Shown: positions 11,201 to 20,000 of the stretch, one piece after another | Layout: every line of letters begins with the position of its first letter | Numbering within the stretch: the first letter of the stretch is position 1 | DNA from: Halocafeteria seosinensis | Lineage: Eukaryota | Assembly (NCBI GenBank): GCA_001687465.1 | Contig: LVLI01000308.1 | Location: 61,390 to 81,389, forward strand | Direction: 5' to 3' | DNA: 20,000 nt | Position numbers and translations under genes: made by a program | The notes under the pieces: model-generated | Database searches by the model: none | Seen by the model: only the letters and a program-made list of their open reading frames with translations | Told to the model about the DNA's origin: nothing

Positions 11201-14200
11201 CTCACCAATACCTTGGCAAACGTGACGGTAGACTGCTGGCGCAAAATGAGCGAGCCTGTGAAGGTAATGTTCCTTTCCAAGCATACTCTTGCTCTACCCC
11301 GGACCAACAACGAAGCATCAACATAACCTAGCGACATTGCGCCGTTTAATTGGGTACAGACTTCTCCGGAACCATTTCCGGTATTGTTATTGTTATTCAC
11401 AACAATGGCCGAGGGACCGCCGAGACCGTTCCGGAATAGCATGGTCCCAGCACTGGCAGTATAGAGCGAATCACCTCCGTAGGCACTTACGATCCCTTCG
11501 AAACTGGAGTCATCAACAGTCAACACCGCAATACGACCACCACTGCCAGCACTGTATCCGTTCCCACCGTTGGCGCTAATGATGCCACTGCCGTTTAGTA
11601 TTCCTGTCGTGACTACAATACTACCTCCGGCACCACCTCCAGACATCCCAATTCCATCATTTCCGTCACACGTAACAATACCGTTTACTTCGACGTAAGA
11701 GCGTTCACTTCCATTAACACTCAAAACCAGAGAGCCTCCACCAGCGCCTCCTTGCTCTCCATCCGCATCACTTCCTCCACCACCACGCAGCGTCGCCTGA
11801 TCAAAGGTTCCACAAGCTGGAGGCCCACTAAACGAATTGCCACCATAGGACCCTCCGATACCTTCGCCGAATGTATTGGCTGGTAGGCATCCATGCTCAA
11901 CATCCGCTCTTCCTGAAGAGAATCCGCGCCCTTTCCCATCGATAGAGCTATTCTTGCCAATGGACACGAACTCCAAGAACTCGAATGCTACTCGGGGGAT
12001 ATGTCCACGGGATATTGAAACGTAGCCTCCCGACTCTACTGCTAGACACTTGCCAAAAACCGTTTCAATACCACCAAAAACGATTTTGCTCTCATTACCG
12101 ATCGTTATGCATCCAGTGAAAGAGACGCTACCACCACGGCCTTCATCTATAAAGTTTTCTTCGTTATCAATTCGCACCACACTACTACCCTCCATTTGCA
12201 GTTCACCCAGGAATTGGAATTGAGCGCTACCATCTTCAACAGGAGGAAAAGGCACGACACTACTTCCTCGAATAGCTAATGAACCAACATCGTACGTTTT
12301 CTTTGGTACTCCACTAAGCATTGTAACTAAACCATCCCCTACCGGATATCCGGTACTGTCTACGAGTACCATCCTGTTCCGTCCATTGTGATTGAAGTGT
12401 TCTCGAAGGATGGTACCCGGGGCACCAGATGGAGCGCCTGCGCCAGCTCCTACAGCAACTGTGCCATGGAAGCTGTCGTTGATACTGTAAACAGCAATTC
12501 TGCCTCCACCAGCACCACCTCCACTTCCACGTGTCGTTGATCCGATACCTCCGGGACCGCCCTTCGCTGAAAGTTGCCCATTACCAGAGAAGTGAGCGCA
12601 ACGCAGCAGAATGGAGCCACCTGCCCCTCCTCCAGAAGAGGCGAGACTGTCATCTTCACCATTGTTGCCATCAACGTTTATTTCCCCATCAAGTTTCACG
12701 AAGCTGGATTGTCTTGTGGTCTCGATACGTAAGGCATTCCCTCCAGCACCACCATTTTCTTTGCCGTCTTGAATGGACGTGGATCCGCCTACAACACCGC
12801 GCTGATACGGGTGCTCAAAATCTCCACATGATAGTACATTGCTTCGTCCTCCCTGGCCCCCGTGCGTAGCACCAGGTGCTCCTATTTGGAACGTGCCCCC
12901 TGTACTCTGAGGAGCTGCGCAGTTGCCAAGTTGAGCAACACTAGAGATACCACCACCGCGACCAGAAACAGCTGACGTCATATCCACTAAAACAGCCGAC
13001 GACGCAACTAAATGGAGACCATCAGAAAACAAATTTTTCACTCGAGCAAACGAGGATGTAGAAAAGCTTACTCTTTCAACGGTAATCTGACTAATGTCCT
13101 CAACAGACACGTATGAGCTCGTAGCAGATAAACCGCCTTCGATATGCAGACGTGCAATTAAGGAAGGTTTCTCCACCAACTTCAAAACAAGAAAGCGTGA
13201 ATTCCTGACATCGACGTCCCCAAGGAAAGTCAGCCCGCTGCTGTCGCCCACTTCAAATTTCATTTCAACTCCGTTGCTGATATGTAACTTCGCAATGTTA
13301 TACACATGTAGCTTTGGTGACGACAAACGAGTAAACACACTGCGGTCTTCATGAATGTCAAAGTTCGGTTGACGATTGTCAACAAATACTTCCTGTGAGA
13401 AGTTAGTTGGGGCTGTAATAGAGGATGAGGCGTGCACAGTTCTGACTGTCGCTGTCCCTGCCCCCGCAGCTACGTGTTTATGAGTTGACCCACCAACAAT
13501 CACCAACGAAGAGGAAGGAAAATCGCAGCGTCCACATACAAGAAGTACTCTCCCCCCTCCACCAGCACCACCAGAATGAGTCTCGTCTCCCCCGTTTCCC
13601 CCTTCTCCTCCGGACGCGTCAATCATCCCCGAACCCTCCACAGTACGAGAGATCAGAATCACGCTGCCACCGCTTCCACCTCCTGCTCCGATTCCAACTG
13701 TGCTACCACCTGGCTGGCCAGCTACTGAGATGTTTCCATCCACTACGGAATAACCGTCTTCATCTATAACTGTAAACGCAAGCGCATAGCCTCCTCGCCC
13801 TCCCACACTGTGCAATGTACGTTGGCCTCGGCTTCCTGGGTGTATCGGGTCTGCAAAGGATCCACAAGCTGGAGAACCATCGCGGCCACCGTCTCCACCA
13901 TACCCAGCGCCACTCCCTCCAACTTCGGCTCGACGCCGGGGTACAGGAGAGCATCCATTCGTAAGTGAGATTCCAGTGATGATGGAATCGACTCCCACAG
14001 ACAGAGAGGTAACTAATTCGATATTTAGCTGCGGTGTGCGTCTGCCTTTAACTGTCATCATAGAGGTTCTCTCTAAAGCCAGGCGATCAGCGGAAAAGCT
14101 TGGTACGTCCTTGAGGAACGCATAACTCTCCTTAAGGTAGAATTCTCCAGAGAAGTTGAACGAACACTGGGAAGACTCACTCGAAAGTTTAATGAAGGAC

Positions 14201-17200
14201 GCTCCTTCAGTAATGATGCCTCCGAAAACCACAACATCTTCACGCTGAGCGCACGACATAGCTACCTGCGCTCGTCCACGTACAACGGCTACGGAAACAT
14301 TGTATGAGGCCGCTTCTTCGGTGAAGAGAGGAGTAAACCGAGAATCACTGAAACCACCTGTATACACGTCGTTGTTGTCAACGGTGATGCTCCTAACTGA
14401 TTCTGCTGTGTTCTCAACGTATACGGTACCGGCTGCCGCGGGTACAGTCGAATGTCCTCCGTAGGCCGTCAGCGCTCCATGATAATGGTATTCATTAGCG
14501 ACGACAACAATGCGGCCCCCACCACCTGCGTTTGCCCCCAGACCTCCATCTGCGGTGATCGTTCCGTTACCTCTGAAGATTGCGGATCTCAGTTGGATAG
14601 ACCCACCGGATCCACCCCCAGACGCTCGGTTGCCATTGCCCCCGTCACAGTCAATTACGCCATCAACAAGGATTGCTCCTTCATCGTTCTGAACATTAAT
14701 GTGGACAGCCCCACCGCCTGCTCCTCCAGTATAGTTGGCAGCGTCGCTACCGCCATTGCCCCGTATGTTGGCGGTGAATGCTGTGCCACATGTGCTGGGG
14801 CCCTCATGAGATCTTCCTCCGTAGCTCCCTCCGATTCCTTCTCCGTGCACTTCTGAGGGGGTGCAGCCGCCAGCGACGTCAGCCTCATTCGCTGGCATTC
14901 CTTTTCCTTCACCATCAATAACACTCGAAGCATCGATCATGACAAACTGTCCCAACATTAGTTTATTGACGAGCCGGTCAGATGCAACAAGACGGCTTCT
15001 TTCGTGCAAGCTGAGATCCGATCCCCACAGGGAGCTACAGCTATTCAACCGAAGCTCGGACCCTTTTGAAAAGATGATATGTTCTTCAATCCACACGTCA
15101 TTCCACTCACAGTCTAGATTGACGATGCTTCCCTCGTCTGCTATCACTGAGCCAGAGAGTGACACAGTCTGCTGGAACAGTGGCGGTATCACGAGGCGCG
15201 AATAGCCTCGAACCAGCAGCATGTCAACTTCATATCGGGAGATGCTTTCCCCTGTCAGCTTTGTAACCAGGGAATTCGGCTCACTCCGATTCTCATTGTC
15301 GATTATTACAGTACTCCAAGTGTCGTTGAATCCAAGGTCCTCAATAAAGACCGTACCCGGAGAGCCCGCCACATTTGCCGTGCCGCCAAAAGCTTGTATC
15401 CTTCCAGAAAACTCCCTTGTAGACGACACAACTGCTATTCGTCCTCCTCCACCGCCTCCGATATAGGCGTACCCATTCATTACGTTTCCGCCGTTCGCAG
15501 AAACTAGCCCATGACCGTGAAACGCAAATGACCTAAAAAGAATGCTACCCCCCGCTCCACCTCCAGCAGAACCATCCGTGCTCTCTACTCCATTTTGCCC
15601 GTTGACACTCAAAGACCCGTTGATGTCTATTAGCCCGTTTCCGGCCAAAATAGTTATTGAGTTCCCACCTGCTCCACCGGGTGTATCGTTCTTCTTCTGT
15701 GCACCTGGACAGCCGCGGAGACTTGGAGCACTAAACTCTCCGAACGTTGCCTGACCAAACCCTCCTTGTCCTCCGTGGCCTCCACCTTGGAGAGTACCAC
15801 CGTCATCGTTCAAGCTTAGGCATTGACGGTCAGTAGATGACGCTTCCAGGAGACCACCACCATTTCCATCAACCGACGCCTCAGAGTGTACTCGCAATCC
15901 CTCCTTTAGCTCTATAGTTATGCCGGGAGAATGTCGGTTATCCATGCTCAGTGTACCGTTTCCTTCCACTGAGATCCAACCGGAGCTTGTGAGGGACTCG
16001 ATTTCCCTTGTATTTAACTGGCCGGTGGCGAAAATTGATACAGAGCCTTCAAGTTTCAGTGCTGCCGACTCCATCCCATCACGCTTTAAATCGACAAATG
16101 AATGTGAGCCTATTTCCAGTTCTCCGAATAGCTTAGAACTGCTGTAAACATTCCACCGCAGACGGCTAAAATCTGATACCAACAGGTTCCTCACATAGTA
16201 GCTCCTTCTTTCTGGCACGGCTAAGTATGTCGAAGGTATGTAATCTTCACAATGAACATTCCGTATTATAACTCTGTCAACAAAGCGAGCAGCCGAACTA
16301 TTGGCAAAAGCAATTGTTCCGGCAGCTCCATTGTACTTCCCCTCGGACCGGCCTCCATACGCCTCTGCATTGCCATCAAAACTGTTGTTTAGCGAAGCAA
16401 TCATTATCCGGCCACCAGATCCCCCACCACCATGTAAGGACAGTACACTTGTGTTGCTTATGCCACCATTTCCGCCATTAGCGCTGATACGACCCTTGCC
16501 CTCAAACTTCGTAGCCGCCACGAAGACTCCTCCGCCTGAGCCTCCACCTCCGGCAATCAGCTGAGCAGTACTTAACGTGGCGGCATCGTCACCATCCGCA
16601 TTTATGTTGCCGTTTAGAATGAACTCTTCCGTTTGCACTGACACAGCTCCGCCACCGGCTCCGCCTTGAACAGTGGTGCTATTACCGCCGACACCCCCGC
16701 TACCGAGAAGGAAGACGTTATCTACTCCACCGCAGGCATTGTTGCCATCTACTTTACCACCGTCTCCACCGTAGCTTCCACCGCTCCCAGGGATTACAGA
16801 TGAAGAGCAGCCAGCTAAACGATTTGCCTTCCCAAACAGCCCTTTCCCTTTGCAGTCTAGCCACGACGTGCTGTCGATATGCATCAAAGTGTTACCCACA
16901 ATCCGCGTTCCCATAGCGTGGAACTCATTACTATCAAGGGAAATGCTGCTGATGTTCCAAAGACGAATTGAGGAAAATACGGCCTCGTGAAGGCTCTTGA
17001 GCACAGCTAGGGATGACGACAAAGTCAATCCACCGGTCACATAGATGTTGGCCCGGAATGTGTCACTCTTGCTCTCAAGAGGCAACACAAAAAGATTGCC
17101 TCCATGGTAGCAATTGACTGACCCTTCAAGAAGAGTTGCATTACCAGCCTCTATACGCAAGTTCCCTTTTCGCGAAATCGCCAGGGACTCAATTATATAC

Positions 17201-20000
17201 GTTTCCCGGGACTCTCCTGCCAAAGTAGTATATCCACCGTCAATGACAGCGCCTGTGTCCGTGTGGTTATTGTCAACCAGAACGAGACCCTCTGCAGACC
17301 AGTACACGGTACCGGCAGGAGCTGCAGTAGGTGCGTTACCACCGTATGCTGTCGCCTTTCCGTCAAAGTCAGAATCTTCAAGAATGGTGATCATAATCCT
17401 TCCTCCAGACCCTGCGGTACCGTTTCCTCTACCATTGCCCCCGTTCGCCGAGAAAACACCAGAGCCCTGTAGTCCCCTTGCTTGAACAGCAACACTTCCT
17501 CCTGCGCCTCCACCTCCTGGGTCAATGCTGGGTCCGCCGTCGCAACTTATAGCACCGTCATTATAGAGGACACCATGTTCGTTAAGCAGCTGAAGCGCAT
17601 TTCCCCCTGATCCGCCAACGCCAAACAATGAACCACCACCGGGGCCTTTAATAGACGCGGAATCGAATGAGCCACAAGAAGCGGCGCCGTCCCACGCACT
17701 TCCGCCATGACTGCCCCCCGCGTTTCCAAGAGAAGGTAAGCAACCACCTGAGGTGTCTGCAGCTCCAGAAGCAGATCCTGAACCATCTCCGGATACTACC
17801 GATGTCCTCTGAAGAATTATCGAGCTATTGCAGACAATTTTGAGGCCACGAGACTCTTGGTTGGTGAACAAAACCCTGGCGTGATGACTAACCAAGATAT
17901 CCTTCGACACGTAGAAAGACTTGATTTCCATCAACGATACCGTCGATAGGGGATCTTTGATACACAACCCTGAAGTGACAACCACGGATGATGACGCACT
18001 GAACCCATTCCAGAAAAGCAAAGTACCACCGCTTTGGATACTGATATCACCAACTAGCTCAACAGATCTACTTTGGAGGTCTGGTTCCACACGTACCAGA
18101 GCTAGATTTCTTACCGTCAGAACACCTACACCATATGAACTTCTGAGGCTGCCACTCAGTGCTGTAAAGCCTGATGAAGAAATCCCAGCATTATCAACGA
18201 CAACCGCTTGAACAGAATCATTCGCTACAAATGTAACTGTTCCTGCACCACCACTATGAGATCCGTTCCCTCCAGTGGCTACAGCACTGATAGTGGTCGC
18301 TGTACTATTCCTTATAAGTATTCTACCACCTCCCCCGCTGCCTCCATCGACACACGAAAAATTTTTACACATACCACCAACTCCACCGTTGGAAATCACA
18401 TCCCCGTTTCCCTCTAGAAGAGTGGCACGTATATGGATGCTACCACCACTACCTCCACCGCTGGGGTAGCTACCATGACTCAAACCTGGCCCTCCACGTA
18501 CAGTGATGCAGCCGTCGAGTAACAGGTGAGAACAACCGATGTTGATTGCATTTCCACCAAATCCCCCTCTAGCAACAACCGTGGAACCACCTGGGGCACC
18601 TCGGCTTTCTGCAGCATTATATGAGCCGCAAGGACGGTTTCCTCGATTTCCACCTTGGCCACCAAAGCTGCCACCACTCCCGTTTCTACCGCGAAGCACA
18701 CAATCACCCGCAAATCGATCATCCAGTCGGACATCTATCCCACCGCTATCCCCGTCCAAAACACCATACTTCCCTACTCTAACACTTTCCCTAACGTTCA
18801 AAGTAAAACCAGGAGACATCGGATTCTCCAATTTCACTGCGCCACCACTCTCTAACGTTACATCCTCAGCTGCGAGCTCCACGACATCCTGAAGATATAA
18901 GGACCCCTGTCGACCGACGAGAATTTCGTCACCAAAATTGATTCGGCTAAATGGCTCTACACTACGACCCACGATATCGACACGAGAAGCTGGTCCAATA
19001 GAAATACCACCCCACATCTCGACCAAGTCCAAACTCGTAATGTCTACGAATAGACGCGAGTTACCTCTAACATGCGTCTCGTCTATATCGTAGGAAGGCT
19101 CTTCAGGAAATGCTAAACGAGTTGCTGCCCAAGCAGACACCTCCTCGAAGGAAATCCGCTCACCATTATCTATAACTACGACGCGGTTCTTACCGACAGG
19201 GCGGTCAGTTCGAGAGTCGATGTCGTACGACTCACTATAGGACCACAAGATGGTTCCAGGCGCTCCTGTCAAACGAGGAAGTAAACCATCAGGTCCATTT
19301 CCGAGACCACCAAACGCTTCGACTATCCCCACAAACTCCGTACTGGAGTTATGCACAGCCAAGAAAACACGTCCACCACTTCCCCCACCACCACTGTATT
19401 CACTCGTCACAGAATTATTTCCACCATTTCCACCATTAACACTCAATACCCCTTCCCCTTCCAATAAGGGAGCGGTGATACTTATACTTCCACCACTTCC
19501 ACCTCCACCACCTATCAAATCGTCCATACTGTCTGCACCATCCAAACCCCGCATGCTCAACGAACCATCGATGACGACGATACCATCGGAGGACATCACG
19601 GTGATCCACACTGCATTGCCTCCAGCACCTCCATCGCTTGTTCCCGAAGATCCACTATGGCCACCATTCCCCCGAACGAACACATCGTCTACACTCCCGC
19701 ATCCCCGAGATCCTCCGCTACCACCTTGTCCACCGAAACTACCACCACTACCTACTGCTCGTCCCAAAGAGCAACCCTTCTCTCTGTTCGACGTATCCCC
19801 AGAAAACCCGAAACCATCTCCGCTGATCGTCGATGCATCATTGATCCGTACTTGTTGATCTGCAACCAAGTGTGTTCCATTTGGACCATCATTCGATATG
19901 TACATCACACTCTCGTTGTTCAACTCTAAGTTGGTAAAGGAGAATACATCCAAGTTGTCTAATAATACACTGCTGTTGGCCTCCATCGTGAACACGTCTT
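2242..20000 (-). CDS. Giant exon (5'-partial, about 5,919 codons) of a glycine-rich repeat extracellular/surface protein
   Basis: There is no stop codon in frame from the right window edge (AA GAC GTG TTC ACG ATG...) to the splice donor after ...GCTYPLAK. The ORF-track start at 19995 is a GTG in mid-repeat sequence with no signal peptide, and the frame is open upstream of it. Protein-level repeat motifs recur regularly along the whole length. Confidence 0.96.
2545..19998 (-). repeat. Tandem array of 17 diverged glycine-rich modules (protein-level repeat, mostly 308-350 aa, two of 408 and 433 aa)
   Basis: Approximate consensus: I(D/S)GxGxG...C...GGS(H/Y/F)GGxG...CG...GGxGGx(A/S)hxh...h(D/N)Gxhxx(D/N)G...GG(S/A)GGShxh...hxGxGxhxAxGG...GGR(I/V/L)...FxGxhxAxGG...GTh...h(D/N)N, followed by a beta-strand-rich segment. 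The GGR/GGQ anchor codons lie near 19370, 18323, 17399, 16409, 15440, 14513, 13550, 12500, 11534, 10550, 9581, 8282, 7346, 6413, 5378, 4355 and 3131. Confidence 0.93.

Noticed and set aside
2949..18734. Short alternative-frame minus-strand ORFs rich in V/E/A
   Set aside because: They are off-frame readings of GGN runs inside the giant exon, with no evidence of separate coding.
325..19929. Dozens of short plus-strand ORFs, many Pro-rich (e.g. 19250-19858, 17114-17485, 10589-10930, 1429-1824)
   Set aside because: These are antisense shadows. Poly-Pro is the complement of poly-Gly codons, they recur at each Gly-rich block, and they show no independent domain signal.
19993..19995. Start codon of the 5950-aa ORF
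   Set aside because: It is an internal GTG. The frame is open to the window edge, the sequence is mid-repeat and there is no signal peptide.
2545..19998. Mycobacterial PE-PGRS, collagen, RTX or autotransporter assignment for the Gly-rich region
   Set aside because: There are no continuous GGAGG/GGNGG tracts, Gly-X-Y triplets, GGxGxDxL nonapeptides or visible beta-barrel, and the gene carries a spliceosomal-type intron.
1..20000. CRISPR array, tRNA/rRNA, transposase or other mobile-element genes
   Set aside because: I saw no regularly spaced identical DNA repeats and no RNA-gene or transposase signatures. Apart from the intron, the entire window is coding sequence.

Overview
The whole 20 kb window lies inside one very large minus-strand protein-coding gene, and neither its start nor its stop is in the window. 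The supplied 5950-aa ORF has a false C-terminus. A 70-nt GT-AG intron (2172-2241) joins a >17.7-kb exon (2242-20000) to a second exon (1-2171) that stays open to the window edge; the ORF track misses this exon because it has no stop. The spliced product is at least about 6,640 aa. From N- to C-terminus it contains: 17 diverged glycine-rich modules of roughly 310-430 aa (the first 11 in an ABC-ABC-ABC-AB super-repeat), four 21-aa GCT...NY(D/N)P.A..(D/N)DG(S/T)C repeats, a 24-Cys region with two ETDxDCGG repeats, Pro/Ser/Thr linkers and several bacterial-type Ig-like domains. The intron, frequent N-x-S/T sequons and mucin-like linkers point to a secreted or surface protein of a eukaryote, probably a protist or alga; the taxon cannot be determined here. 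I found no RNA genes, CRISPR arrays or mobile elements. The small ORFs are shadows of this gene.
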